Of a DNA stretch of 33,926 nt, positions 15,656-25,139 are shown piece by piece (the stretch's first letter is position 1; every line of letters starts with the position of its first letter). This DNA is from Clostridia bacterium (GTDB lineage Bacteria; Bacillota; Clostridia; Christensenellales; Borkfalkiaceae). Position numbers and translations under genes: made by a program. The stretch is from positions 1 through 33,926 of the forward strand of contig JAFVXN010000131.1 in the NCBI GenBank assembly GCA_017501125.1, written 5' to 3'. The notes below the pieces were generated by a model, which worked only from the letters and a program-made list of their open reading frames with translations, made no database searches and was not told the origin of the DNA.

Positions 15656-16534
15656 ATGCTTAGCATGACGGGATACGGAAAAGGGGAATTTGAGTTAGAC
15701 GGGATTACGCTGACCTGCGAGATGCGTTCGGTCAACAATAGATATTTGGACGTCGTTATCAAGTGTCCTCGCATTTTCACGGCGTACGAAGAGGTTATAC
15801 GCGCCACCATCAAAGAGAAGATGACGAGAGGGCACGTCGACGTGTTTATTTCCTACAAGGACAAGCGTGAAAAGCCGACTAATTTGGCGGTGGATTTGTC
15901 CGTGGCGACGGCGTACGTAATGGCGTCGCAAAGCCTCAAAGACGCCTTCCCTTATCTTACGGACGACGTCACGCTGACCAGCCTTATGCGCTACCCCGAC
16001 GTCCTTCGACAAGAGGAAGACGTGGCAAGTGCGGACGAGAGTATGATAACCGCGCTCAAAGGTGCGTTGGGGCTTGCGATAGACAACCTCAATAGTATGC
16101 GCGCCGTCGAAGGGGAGAAACTGAAGGCGGATATGTTATCGCGCGTAGGCGAGGTGGAAAGGCTCGTCAATTGCCTCAGCGAAAGGGCGCCTATGGTCGC
16201 TAAGAACCACCGTGAAAAACTGGCGGCAAAGATTAAGGAATATTTGGGCGAGGCACAGGTGGACGAGAGCCGTATCCTGACGGAGGCGGCAATCTTTGCG
16301 GATAAGAGCAACGTTGACGAGGAGTTGACGAGACTGTATAGCCATATCTCACAATTCCGCGACATTTGCAAAGAAAAGATCGTGGGCAGAAAACTCGACT
16401 TTTTGGTGCAGGAATTCAACCGCGAGGCGAACACGACTTGTTCTAAGAGCAACGACGTGGAAGTGACGAGATTAGGGCTCGCGCTCAAGAACGAGATTGA
16501 AAAAATCCGCGAGCAAGTGCAGAACGTGGAGTAA
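15656..16534 (+). CDS. yicC: YicC family protein (stress-induced endoribonuclease family)
   Basis: Start at the ATG 15656 after AAGGAGAAAAG. MLSMTGYGKGE N-terminus and a C-terminal GRKLDFLVQEFNREANT motif. The track ORF start at 15524 runs through repeat D and is rejected. Confidence 0.9.
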   Translation: MLSMTGYGKGEFELDGITLTCEMRSVNNRYLDVVIKCPRIFTAYEEVIRATIKEKMTRGHVDVFISYKDKREKPTNLAVDLSVATAYVMASQSLKDAFPYLTDDVTLTSLMRYPDVLRQEEDVASADESMITALKGALGLAIDNLNSMRAVEGEKLKADMLSRVGEVERLVNCLSERAPMVAKNHREKLAAKIKEYLGEAQVDESRILTEAAIFADKSNVDEELTRLYSHISQFRDICKEKIVGRKLDFLVQEFNREANTTCSKSNDVEVTRLGLALKNEIEKIREQVQNVE

Positions 16535-16537
16535 GCG

Positions 16538-17098
16538 ATGAGGAACGTATTGATGATAGTGTCCGGACCTTCGGGCGTCGGCAAAGGTACGCTCGTAAAG
16601 AGGTTGATTAAAGAGCGCGAGGACGTGACCGAGTGCGTCACCTGTACGACGCGTGCGCCGAGGGCTGGCGAGGTTCACGGACGGGAATATTTTTTCCTTA
16701 GCAAAGAGGAGTTCGAGAGACGGATACAAGAGGACGGCTTTTTAGAATACGACAAGCATTTCGACAACTACTACGGCACGCCAAAGGCGTTCGTGGAAGA
16801 GACGCTTAAAAGTAAGTCGGTGGTGCTGGAGATTGACGTCGTCGGCGCACTCAACGCAAAAAAGGTGTATCCCGACAGCGTGCTCGTGATGATAGCGCCC
16901 CCGTCGAAAGAGGTGCTTGCCGCAAGGCTGAGGGGCAGGGGCACGGAGACGGACGAGGAGATAGCGCGTAGGCTTTCGAGGCTGAATTACGAATTGTCAC
17001 AACAAGACAAGTACGACCACGTCCTTATCAACGACGACTTGGAGACGGCGTATAACAATTTGTGCAACTTATTAGACGAAGAAAAAAATAAACAATAA
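16538..17098 (+). CDS. gmk: Guanylate kinase
   Basis: 186 aa with the SGPSGVGKGT P-loop, in the conserved position before rpoZ. Confidence 0.93.
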   Translation: MRNVLMIVSGPSGVGKGTLVKRLIKEREDVTECVTCTTRAPRAGEVHGREYFFLSKEEFERRIQEDGFLEYDKHFDNYYGTPKAFVEETLKSKSVVLEIDVVGALNAKKVYPDSVLVMIAPPSKEVLAARLRGRGTETDEEIARRLSRLNYELSQQDKYDHVLINDDLETAYNNLCNLLDEEKNKQ

Positions 17099-17116
17099 AC
17101 GGAAAGGAGAATAAAT

Positions 17117-17335
17117 ATGGTAAACGAACCTGCAGTAGACGTTTTGATTAGAAAATTGGGCACGGACGAAGAACCGATTAGCAGATATGCGCTGTGCACC
17201 GTCGCATCTAAACGCGCAAGACAAATTTTGGAGACGGAAAGAAACGCTTCCGTTCCTTCCAACACGAAAGAGAAGGAACTTTTGACTGCGTGCAAGGATA
17301 TCGCGGACGGAAAAGTAATCATCGCGAAGGACTAA
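17117..17335 (+). CDS. rpoZ: DNA-directed RNA polymerase subunit omega
   Basis: 72 aa. ISRYALCTVASKRARQI is the conserved omega core. AAAGGAGA RBS. Confidence 0.9.
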   Translation: MVNEPAVDVLIRKLGTDEEPISRYALCTVASKRARQILETERNASVPSNTKEKELLTACKDIADGKVIIAKD

Positions 17336-17342
17336 TATCGCG

Positions 17343-17373
17343 TTGCCCCGATTATGTCGGGGCAATTCGTTTT
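17343..17373 (+). terminator. Hairpin with a partial U-tract after rpoZ (terminator or attenuator before priA)
   Basis: TTGCCCCG-ATTATGT-CGGGGCAA followed by TTCGTTTT. Confidence 0.55.
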
Positions 17374-17388
17374 GCAAGAGGGGTATAG

Positions 17389-19563
17389 ATGATAGCGGAA
17401 GTAATCGTGGATATTGCCACGGGTGCGACGGACAGGATATTCGATTATCTTTGTGCTGACGATACGGTAATCGGCAGCAGAGTTCGCGCGCCCTTTGGCG
17501 GTAGGACGCTTTGCGGATTCGTCATCGGCACGAAGGAAACGTCCACCTTCCCTGCGGAGCGACTGAAAAAAGTAATCCCTTGCGAGGACGGCTTGCCCGC
17601 CCTGACGGGGGAGTGTCTTTCGCTCGCGAAAAAAATCGCGCGTCGCTATCGTGTACCGCTCGCCTCCTCGCTTAGGCTGTTTTTGCCTGCCGAGATGCGG
17701 ACGGGCAAGGTCAGGGAACTGACGAAGAACTACGCGAGCCTGTGCGTGCCTTTTGCGGAAATCAAATTGCCGAAATCGGCAAAGAACCAACTCGCCGTCG
17801 CGCAATATTTAGAGGCGCACGGGGAGACGGAGTGCGCCTATCTCAACAACTTGTACGCAGGTGGCGTTGCGGCTCTGGAAAAGAAGGGGTACGTCAATAT
17901 CGTCAAAAAACAAGTCCTGCGCAACCCCTACGACGGGGTGGAAGGGGAAGACGTCGCGCGCACCCTCTCGCCCGAGCAGGCGGCGGCAATCGCCGAGATA
18001 GAAAGGGACGATAGGACGGTGCAACTGTTGCACGGCGTCACGGGCAGTGGCAAGACGGAGGTGTATCTTCGCCTCATCGCCGACAGCCTTAGACGTGGGA
18101 AATCGGCGATCTTTTTAGTCCCCGAGATATCCTTGACGCCGCAGATGCTCTCCCAACTCCGCGCCCGTTTTGGGCGCAACGCCGCGATTTTGCACAGCGG
18201 TCTTTCCGCGGGCGAACGATTTGACGAGTGGTGGCGGCTGAGAAGTGGCGAGGCAAAGATAGCCATCGGCGCGAGGAGTGCGATATTTGCTCCGTTGGAA
18301 AATTTGGGCGTCGTCGTAATGGACGAGGAACACGACTCCTCTTATCATAGCGAGACGTCGCCGAGATACTCCACCTTCGAGATAGCGCGCCTTCGCGCTA
18401 TGCACAGCGGTTGCAAGTTGGTGTTGGGCAGTGCGACCCCCTCCGTCGACACCTTTTTGAAGGCGAGGGAAGGGGAATACAATCTTTTGCCGATGAAGAC
18501 GCGCATCAACGGAAAACCGTTGCCTGAGATTACCATCGTGGATATGCGCCGCGAGGTGCGCAGGGGGAATCAAAGCAACTTTTCCGCCACCTTAAAAGAG
18601 GAACTGGCAAAGTGCCTAGAAAGCGGCAATCAGGCGATACTTTTCCTTAATCGCAGAGGGTATTCCCAGACGGTAGTCTGCAAGGAGTGCGGCTACGTGG
18701 CAAAGTGCCTTTCCTGCGACGTTTCCTTGACCTATCACCGCGCGGAAGATTGTCTTAAATGCCACTATTGCGGCACGAAATACAACGCCCTTTCCGCCTG
18801 TCCAGAGTGCGGTGGGACGAAACTCACCTACGCAGGCACGGGTACGCAAAGGATTGCGGCGGAACTCAACAAACTATTCCCCGAGGCAAGAATTTTGCGT
18901 ATGGACAACGACACGACGTCGGGCAAGGAAGGGCATCTAAAAATCATCAAAGAATTCGGTGAGAAGAAAGCGGATATTTTGGTCGGTACGCAGATGATTG
19001 CCAAAGGGCACGATTTCCCTGCCGTCACGTTGGTGGGGATATTAGACGCGGATATGAGCCTACACTTTGCCGATTATAGGAGTGGGGAGCGAACTTTCCA
19101 ACTCATCACGCAGGTATCGGGTAGGAGTGGCAGAGCCAAGGAAAAGGGGAAGGTCGTCTTGCAGACGTACGACCCCGAGAACGAGGTTTTGCGCTACGCC
19201 ACGGCGTACGATTACGAGGGTTTTTTCGACAACGAAGTATCTCTGCGCCGAGGGGCGATGTACCCGCCTTTTTCCAAGATCGTGCGCGTGCTCGTCACCA
19301 GCGAAGACAGCGAAAAAGCGATTGCAACGCTTAAGGACGTCTACGTCGCGCTGGAAAAGATTTACGAGGCGCACACCTCCGCATTCCTCTTTTTCAACAA
19401 GATGAGCGCGCCTATTAAAAAGATACAGAACAAATACCGCTATCAGGTGCTGATGCGGATTATTGATACGAAGATATTGCAAGAGATTTACGACGCCTGT
19501 GCCGAGGCGGGGCGGAGAGAAGTTAGCGTGACGGTGGAAGAAAATCCTGTCAATTTAAGTTAA
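17389..19563 (+). CDS. priA: Primosomal protein N' (replication restart helicase PriA)
   Basis: 724 aa. GVTGSGKTEVY Walker A, MDEEHD motif, and a Cys-rich zinc insert (CKECGYVAKCLSCDVSLTYH...CHYCG...CPECG). Confidence 0.94.
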   Translation: MIAEVIVDIATGATDRIFDYLCADDTVIGSRVRAPFGGRTLCGFVIGTKETSTFPAERLKKVIPCEDGLPALTGECLSLAKKIARRYRVPLASSLRLFLPAEMRTGKVRELTKNYASLCVPFAEIKLPKSAKNQLAVAQYLEAHGETECAYLNNLYAGGVAALEKKGYVNIVKKQVLRNPYDGVEGEDVARTLSPEQAAAIAEIERDDRTVQLLHGVTGSGKTEVYLRLIADSLRRGKSAIFLVPEISLTPQMLSQLRARFGRNAAILHSGLSAGERFDEWWRLRSGEAKIAIGARSAIFAPLENLGVVVMDEEHDSSYHSETSPRYSTFEIARLRAMHSGCKLVLGSATPSVDTFLKAREGEYNLLPMKTRINGKPLPEITIVDMRREVRRGNQSNFSATLKEELAKCLESGNQAILFLNRRGYSQTVVCKECGYVAKCLSCDVSLTYHRAEDCLKCHYCGTKYNALSACPECGGTKLTYAGTGTQRIAAELNKLFPEARILRMDNDTTSGKEGHLKIIKEFGEKKADILVGTQMIAKGHDFPAVTLVGILDADMSLHFADYRSGERTFQLITQVSGRSGRAKEKGKVVLQTYDPENEVLRYATAYDYEGFFDNEVSLRRGAMYPPFSKIVRVLVTSEDSEKAIATLKDVYVALEKIYEAHTSAFLFFNKMSAPIKKIQNKYRYQVLMRIIDTKILQEIYDACAEAGRREVSVTVEENPVNLS

Positions 19564-19574
19564 AGGAGAAGGTT

Positions 19575-20027
19575 ATGGCAATTCGTAGCGTAGTACAAAA
19601 CGGGGACGAAGTCCTCCGCAAAAAATGTTTTCCCGTCGAGGAATTCGACGAAAAATTGTGGCAACTTTTAGACGATATGAAAGAGACGGTCATCAAAGAG
19701 GAAGGGGCAGGTCTTGCCGCGCCTCAGGTGGGGGTATTGAGACGGGTAGCCGTCGTCAACGTCGACGAGGGGTATTTTGAACTCATCAACCCCGTCATCA
19801 TCGCCCAAAAAGGGGAACAAACGGGGCTGGAAGGGTGTCTTTCCGTGCGCGGTATGCAAGGGGAGGTCTCCCGTCCGCAAAAGGTAAAATTCACCTATTA
19901 CGACAGGAACGGCAACAAGTGTTTGGGGATGGCGAAGGGCTTTTTTGCACGCGCCGTCTGTCACGAACTTGACCACCTCGACGGCGTGTTGTATATTGAC
20001 AAAGCGAAGAATATCGAAAGGGTATAA
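19575..20027 (+). CDS. def: Peptide deformylase
   Basis: 150 aa with the GAGLAAPQVG, EGCLS and HELDH motifs. Confidence 0.95.
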   Translation: MAIRSVVQNGDEVLRKKCFPVEEFDEKLWQLLDDMKETVIKEEGAGLAAPQVGVLRRVAVVNVDEGYFELINPVIIAQKGEQTGLEGCLSVRGMQGEVSRPQKVKFTYYDRNGNKCLGMAKGFFARAVCHELDHLDGVLYIDKAKNIERV

Positions 20028-20030
20028 TCT

Positions 20031-20969
20031 ATGAAAATTCTCTATGCAGGCACCCCTGATTTTGCCGTCGCACCCCTGAAAGCGTTGGTGGAGGCAGGCC
20101 ACGAAGTGGTGGGGGTCGTCACCCAAACGGACAAGCCGCAAGGCAGAAAAAATATTTTGACACCGCCACCCGTAAAAGTGGCGGCGCTCTCCCTTGGTTT
20201 GCCCGTCGTGCAGTACGAGAGAATCAAGACGGAGGTGGACGGGTTGTCCGCCTTTGGCGCCGACGCGATGGTGACCTGTGCCTACGGGCAGATTCTCACC
20301 CAAGAGGTGCTGGACGTCTTCCCTAAGGGGGTGTGGAATATCCACGCAGGGCTGTTGCCGAAGTATCGTGGCGCGTCCCCTATCCAGAGCAGTATTCTCG
20401 CGGGCGAAAGGGAGACGGGCGTATGCATTATGCGTACGGAACGAGGTCTTGACACGGGGGATATCCTACTCGTTAAAAGGACGGAGATTACGCCCGAGGA
20501 GACGTACGGAGAACTTTCCGCGAGGCTCTCTCTTATCGCGGCAGAGGCAATCGTTGAAGGGATTGCGGCGATAGAAAAGGGCGGATACACCCTTGAAAAG
20601 CAGGGCGAAGAAGGGGTCGGCGTCGTCAAAAAAATCGAAAAGGAAGCGGCGAAGATGGACTTTTCCATGACAGCGAAAGGGCTCGTCGATCTGGTACGCG
20701 CTTTCAATCCCGCGCCCGTGGCGTACGCGATTTTAGAGGGCGCAAAAATTAACGTATATCGGGCAAAAATCGCCGTTATGCAAGAGGAATATGCCGTGGC
20801 AAAACTCGGCGAAATCGTGTGTGATTCTCCCAAAAAAGGGTTGCTCGTGCGCTGCGCCGACGGGGTGATTGCGCTGACGGAGTTGCAGCCTGCAGGTGGT
20901 AAAAAAATGGACGCCGCCTCTTTCCTCAACGGTAGAAAAGCGCAAAAGGGGCAGGTGTTTACATGGTAA
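20031..20969 (+). CDS. fmt: Methionyl-tRNA formyltransferase
   Basis: 312 aa. HAGLLPKYRGASPIQ motif. Follows def by 3 nt. Confidence 0.94.
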   Translation: MKILYAGTPDFAVAPLKALVEAGHEVVGVVTQTDKPQGRKNILTPPPVKVAALSLGLPVVQYERIKTEVDGLSAFGADAMVTCAYGQILTQEVLDVFPKGVWNIHAGLLPKYRGASPIQSSILAGERETGVCIMRTERGLDTGDILLVKRTEITPEETYGELSARLSLIAAEAIVEGIAAIEKGGYTLEKQGEEGVGVVKKIEKEAAKMDFSMTAKGLVDLVRAFNPAPVAYAILEGAKINVYRAKIAVMQEEYAVAKLGEIVCDSPKKGLLVRCADGVIALTELQPAGGKKMDAASFLNGRKAQKGQVFTW

Positions 20970-22201
20970 GCAATCCCGTCTACGACCCCTATCAAATTCT
21001 ACAAAAAGTATACGGCGAAAAGGCGCACTTAAAGCAGGCGATTGCGGACGTTTTTATTGAGGAACAGTACCGCTCGCGCACGGTCAAGATATGCTACGGC
21101 GTGTTGGAGAACAACGACTATCTCGATTATTGTCTGCGCTTTTACGCGCCTAAGGCGCCAAAACTCGCCGTGCGCATCCTCTTAAAGATTGCGCTGTATA
21201 TGCTCCTGTATATGGGCAAGAAAAGGTATATGGTCACCGATTGCACCGTCGAGATTTGCAAGAAGTTAGGCAAGAGCGGTGTCAGCGGTTTCGTCAACGC
21301 GTTTTTGCGCCGTTTCAACGAGGACGAGGTCAAATCCTCCCTTCTAAAAGGAGTGGAGGGCGAGGCGATTCTTTGTGCCTATCCTTTGCCTTTTTATAGG
21401 CGTCTTAAAAGGGAATACGGCGACAGGGCAAAGACGATTGCTTTGGCGAAATCTTCTGGCGTGTCCGTCCGTTTTGCCTCCGCCAAGGCGGCGGAAAAAT
21501 ACGCCGATAAAAAGGGCGTTGAAACCCCTTTTAAGGGCAACGTCATCTACGAGAATTTCGTCCGCGACGAGGGATACGACGAGGGGGAATACACTTTCCA
21601 GTCGGTGGGGAGTATTGCCATTTGTGACGTGGTCGACCCCTGTGAAAAATTGCTAGACGCGTGTGCGGCACCTGGTGGAAAATCGGTGCTCCTCTCCCAA
21701 AAATGCACCGCCGTGACCGCTTGCGAATTGCACGATCACAGGGTGCGTTTAATCGAGCAGTATTTTGCTCGTATGGGGGTGAAGAACGCCACGGCTATGC
21801 AGGCGGACAGCAGTGCGTTCAATCCCGATTTTGAAGGGGCGTACGACGGCGTGCTTTGCGACGTGCCTTGCAGTGGCTACGGTACGGTGACGGAGAATCC
21901 CGACGTCAAATTATTCCGTGTGGAAGAGGATATGGGCTCGCTCAAAAAAGCGCAGGCGGCAATCTTGAAAAATTGCGCGAAATACGTCCAGAAAGGCGGC
22001 GCGCTGTACTACTCCACCTGTTCCCTTTTCGAGGAGGAAAACGATAGCCAAATCGGCAGATTTTTACAGGAAGTCGAGGGCTTTGAGGTGGAGTCGATAG
22101 ACAGCCCCTTGCCGCACGACAAGAAAAAATACGGGCTTCAATTTTTGCCTGATATCGCCTACGGTGCGGGCTTTTACGTATGTAGGTTGAGAAGAAGATA
22201 A
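20963..22201 (+). CDS. rsmB: 16S rRNA (cytosine-C5)-methyltransferase RsmB
   Basis: 412 aa. NusB-like N-terminus and methyltransferase motifs DACAAPGGKS, DVPCSG and STCS. Overlaps the fmt stop by 7 nt (ATGGTAA). Confidence 0.9.
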   Translation: MVSNPVYDPYQILQKVYGEKAHLKQAIADVFIEEQYRSRTVKICYGVLENNDYLDYCLRFYAPKAPKLAVRILLKIALYMLLYMGKKRYMVTDCTVEICKKLGKSGVSGFVNAFLRRFNEDEVKSSLLKGVEGEAILCAYPLPFYRRLKREYGDRAKTIALAKSSGVSVRFASAKAAEKYADKKGVETPFKGNVIYENFVRDEGYDEGEYTFQSVGSIAICDVVDPCEKLLDACAAPGGKSVLLSQKCTAVTACELHDHRVRLIEQYFARMGVKNATAMQADSSAFNPDFEGAYDGVLCDVPCSGYGTVTENPDVKLFRVEEDMGSLKKAQAAILKNCAKYVQKGGALYYSTCSLFEEENDSQIGRFLQEVEGFEVESIDSPLPHDKKKYGLQFLPDIAYGAGFYVCRLRRR

Positions 22202-23256
22202 TGATAGGGATTTTGCAAGATTTTTCCAAGGCGGAATTAGAAAATTTAATAGCCGAAATGGGCGAGAAAAAATTCCGCGCGGCACAACTTTTCGAGGGGT
22301 TGACGCAGGGAAAAAAAGTGAGCGAAATCACCTCGTTGTCCAAGTCTTTCAAAGAGAGACTTTTAGAAGGGTACGAAGACGCGCCGATTACGATCGAGCA
22401 GGAATATCACTCTAAAGACGGCACGAAAAAATATCTTTTCCGTCTTGCCGACGGGCACCTGATCGAAGGGGTGCTGATGAAGTACAAATACGGCTACACG
22501 CAATGCGTGTCGACGCAGGTGGGGTGTCGTATGGGTTGCAAGTTTTGCGCCTCCACGTTGGGCGGGCTTATCCGCAACCTTTCCGCGGGCGAAATCCTTG
22601 CCCAAATCACCCTCGTCAACGCCTTGCATAAGGAGGAAAAATCGGGGGATAGCAAGGGCGCAAGGGCGGTCACCAACGTCGTGCTTATGGGCAGTGGCGA
22701 ACCTTTGGACAATTACGACAACGTCGTCAAATTCCTTCGGTTGATTACGGCGGAGGAAGGCTTTGGAATGAGCGCGCGGAATATCTCTCTTTCCACCTGT
22801 GGGATAGTGCCTAAGATGTACGCTTTGGCGGAGGAAAATTTGCCCGTCAACCTCACCGTTTCCCTGCACGCGACGACGGACGAGGAAAGGGTCAGGACGA
22901 TGCCGATTGCCAAGGCGTATAAGATAGCGGACGTCTTGAAAGCGTGTGAAAATTACTTTGCGAAGACGGGCAGAAGATACTACTTCGAGTACACGCTAAT
23001 TGACGGTGAGAATTGCGACGAGGAGCACGCAAAACGGCTGATAGACCTACTTAAAGGCAAGCCCTGTCACGTCAACCTTATCCGCCTCAACGAGGTCAAG
23101 GAAAGGTCGCTTTCGGCGGCGACGGACAAGAAGGCGTACCGTTTTTTGGGGATGTTGGAAAAGGGCGGACTCTCCGCCACCTTGCGTCGCCAAATCGGCG
23201 TCGATATAGGTGGTGCCTGTGGACAACTCCGCGCCGATTATTTACAAGAGAAATAA
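22201..23256 (+). CDS. rlmN: 23S rRNA/tRNA (adenine-C2)-methyltransferase RlmN (radical SAM)
   Basis: 351 aa. CRMGCKFC (CX3CX2C) cluster motif and MGSGEPL. TAATG overlap with the rsmB stop. Confidence 0.93.
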   Translation: MIGILQDFSKAELENLIAEMGEKKFRAAQLFEGLTQGKKVSEITSLSKSFKERLLEGYEDAPITIEQEYHSKDGTKKYLFRLADGHLIEGVLMKYKYGYTQCVSTQVGCRMGCKFCASTLGGLIRNLSAGEILAQITLVNALHKEEKSGDSKGARAVTNVVLMGSGEPLDNYDNVVKFLRLITAEEGFGMSARNISLSTCGIVPKMYALAEENLPVNLTVSLHATTDEERVRTMPIAKAYKIADVLKACENYFAKTGRRYYFEYTLIDGENCDEEHAKRLIDLLKGKPCHVNLIRLNEVKERSLSAATDKKAYRFLGMLEKGGLSATLRRQIGVDIGGACGQLRADYLQEK

Positions 23257-23275
23257 CCTTTATAAGGAGTAAAAT

Positions 23276-23929
23276 ATGAAAGAAATCAAGATTGCGCCGT
23301 CCATATTGTCGGCGGACTTTTCCAAGATGGGCGAGGAGGTAATCTCGCTGGAAAAAGCGGGCGCGGATATCATCCATTGCGACGTGATGGACGGGGTGTT
23401 CGTCAACAACATCACCTTCGGTATCAAGATGGTAGAGGATCTTAGGAAGGTGACCAAATTGCCTCTCGATTGCCACCTTATGATAGTCAATCCCGAAAAA
23501 TACGTGGAGAGGTTTGCCAAGGCGGGCGCGGATATTATCACCGTCCACTACGAGGCGTGCAAAGAGGGTTTGAAAGACACCTTGCAACGCATCAAAGATT
23601 GCGGTGTAAAATGCGGCGCGGTCATCAATCCCGACACTCCCGTCGAGAAGATTAAAGACGTGATTCCTATGTGTGATATGGTGCTGGTGATGAGCGTTTT
23701 TCCTGGTTTTGGCGGTCAAAAATTTATCGTCGACGCCCTTGATAAGTTGCGTCAGGTTAAGGCGATTATTGAGGCGTGTGGCAAGGATATCGACCTGCAG
23801 ATAGACGGTGGCGTAGGGATAGACAACGTAGCCGCAGTCAAAGAGGCAGGCGCCAACGTAATCGTCGCGGGTAGTGCGGTCTTTAAGGCGGAGGATCGTG
23901 CGGCTACTATAAGCGCCTTAAAATCCTAA
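23276..23929 (+). CDS. rpe: Ribulose-phosphate 3-epimerase
   Basis: 217 aa. Motifs APSILSADF, HCDVMDGVFVNN and MSVFPGFGGQKF. Confidence 0.95.
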   Translation: MKEIKIAPSILSADFSKMGEEVISLEKAGADIIHCDVMDGVFVNNITFGIKMVEDLRKVTKLPLDCHLMIVNPEKYVERFAKAGADIITVHYEACKEGLKDTLQRIKDCGVKCGAVINPDTPVEKIKDVIPMCDMVLVMSVFPGFGGQKFIVDALDKLRQVKAIIEACGKDIDLQIDGGVGIDNVAAVKEAGANVIVAGSAVFKAEDRAATISALKS

Positions 23930-23943
23930 AAGCCGTATATGCG

Positions 23944-24044
23944 GCGCGATACGGCGTCGAGGTGCGTTGGTTGCTTGGTCGCGTACGTCTAAGTACGCTC
24001 CCGTCACAACCGCCTTCTCTCCTTGTCTCGCTTGCATCTACGCC
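23944..24044 (+). repeat. Intergenic structured repeat, unit E (type 1)
   Basis: GCGCGATACGGCGTCGAGGTGCGTTGGTTGCTTGGTCGCGTAC-GTCTAA-GTACGCTCCCGTCACAACCGCCTTCTCTCCTTGTCTCGCTTGCATCTACGCC. Starts about 14 nt after the rpe stop. Confidence 0.85.
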
Positions 24045-24060
24045 TTTTACATAGTATAAA
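24032..24060 (+). promoter_or_regulatory. Candidate promoter whose -35 lies in the 3' end of repeat E
   Basis: TTGCAT (24032-24037), 17-nt spacer, TATAAA (24055-24060). Confidence 0.5.
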
Positions 24061-24086
24061 ATTTCCGTATGGAAAAGGAGGAAAAA

Positions 24087-24275
24087 ATGATGAAAAAAGA
24101 GAACAGATTCGTCGTGATACATAAGGAAGGCACGACGTGGAAAAACGAAGGGATAAGACAGTTGCTCGTCGACAAAGAGACGGGAGTCACCTACCTTTGC
24201 TGGTTGTCTGGCTACGGCGCGAGTTTGACACCGTTGTTGGATACGGAAGGCAAGCCGATCATCACCAAACTATAA
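24087..24275 (+). CDS. Small conserved hypothetical protein (resembles the DUF6440-type small Firmicute proteins)
   Basis: MMKKENRFVVIHKEGTTWKNEGIRQLLVDKETGVTYLCWLSGYGASLTPLLDTEGKPIITKL. AAGGAGG RBS 5 nt before the ATG at 24087; the adjacent ATG at 24090 is also possible. The family assignment is from memory only. Confidence 0.6.
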   Translation: MMKKENRFVVIHKEGTTWKNEGIRQLLVDKETGVTYLCWLSGYGASLTPLLDTEGKPIITKL

Positions 24276-24280
24276 AAACA

Positions 24281-24307
24281 AAAAACGGGCATAAAGCCCG
24301 TTTTTTT
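24281..24307. terminator. Bidirectional intrinsic terminator
   Basis: AAAAA-CGGGC-ATAAA-GCCCG-TTTTTTT: A-run and T-run flank a GC stem. Confidence 0.8.
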
Positions 24308-24331
24308 GTCAATAAAATAGTGGTACACGCG

Positions 24332-24359
24332 AAAAAAGGCTGCCCCGAAAGGGACAGCC
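24332..24359 (-). terminator. Intrinsic terminator of rpmB
   Basis: On the - strand: GGCTGTCCC-TTTC-GGGGCAGCC (9 bp including one G.U) followed by TTTTTT. Confidence 0.85.
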
Positions 24360-24385
24360 GTAATTCCTTTAAGAAATAGCCGTCA

Positions 24386-24568
24386 TTAAACGCGTTCTGC
24401 CGTTTTGAGGCATCTTGCGCAAACGTATCCGTTGACTTCCTTGCCGTTTTCGACGTAAGAAACCTTTTGAACGTTTACTTTGAAGGTTCTTCTCGTTTTA
24501 CGGTTGGAGTGGCTTACGTTGTTGCCGGACGCTTGACCTTTCCCACAAATGCTGCATACTCTGGACAT
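24386..24568 (-). CDS. rpmB: 50S ribosomal protein L28
   Basis: [60 protein letters not shown] (60 aa). GGAGGTG RBS before the ATG at 24568. The 153-aa track ORF is an upstream read-through extension. Confidence 0.93.
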   Translation of the reverse strand: MSRVCSICGKGQASGNNVSHSNRKTRRTFKVNVQKVSYVENGKEVNGYVCARCLKTAERV

Positions 24569-24646
24569 ATTAACACCTCCGCTTTTTGCGATAAATTTAC
24601 TTAAGTTAGTTTGCGATTTTTCCCCTCGGGCGAAAACAGCAATAAT

Positions 24647-24675
24647 AATATAGCAAATATTTAGGGAAAAATCAA
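24647..24675 (-). promoter_or_regulatory. Promoter of rpmB
   Basis: On the - strand: TTGATT (24675-24670), 17-nt spacer ending in TGc, TATATT (24652-24647). Leaves a leader of about 70 nt. Confidence 0.55.
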
Positions 24676-24735
24676 TCAAAATCAAGGCGAAAAAGGCAAA
24701 AAATAAAAAAATATTTACTAATTTTAGGAAAACAC

Positions 24736-24764
24736 TTGCTTTCGCGCGAGAAATGTTGTAAAAT
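24736..24764 (+). promoter_or_regulatory. Promoter of the asp23-yloV unit, divergent from rpmB
   Basis: TTGCTT (24736-24741), 17-nt spacer, TAAAAT (24759-24764). Confidence 0.55.
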
Positions 24765-24788
24765 AAAAAGGTAAATTGGAGAAGTATT

Positions 24789-25139
24789 ATGTCGGTAAAT
24801 ACCAGCAACGCATACGGAAAAATTTCAATATCCGATTTGGCGATCACGAAGGTGGCGTCCCATACCGCGATGGAAAGTTACGGCATCGTGGAGATGGTTT
24901 CGCGCCGTTTTACGGACAGCCTTGCGGAATTATTGAAAAAAGATACGGGCGGGAAAGGCGTGAAGATTACCACGTCTGGCAATAGGATTTACATCGACGT
25001 ATACGTCGTGATTAAGTACGGCGTCTCCATCGTTGCGGTGGCGGAGTCTTTGAAAGAGGCGGTCAAGTACAAGGTGGAAAGGTTCACGGGTATGATCGTC
25101 GAGACCGTTAACGTCAACGTCATCGGGGTCAAATTATAA
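24789..25139 (+). CDS. Asp23/Gls24 family envelope stress protein
   Basis: 116 aa. [23 protein letters not shown] and [15 protein letters not shown] are typical of Asp23. It is in the conserved pairing with the DAK2 protein downstream. Confidence 0.88.
   Translation: MSVNTSNAYGKISISDLAITKVASHTAMESYGIVEMVSRRFTDSLAELLKKDTGGKGVKITTSGNRIYIDVYVVIKYGVSIVAVAESLKEAVKYKVERFTGMIVETVNVNVIGVKL

Noticed and set aside
24569-24847. N-terminal 93 codons of the 153-aa track ORF containing rpmB
   Set aside because: L28 is complete from the ATG at 24568, which has a GGAGGTG RBS. The extension runs through the AT-rich divergent promoter region.
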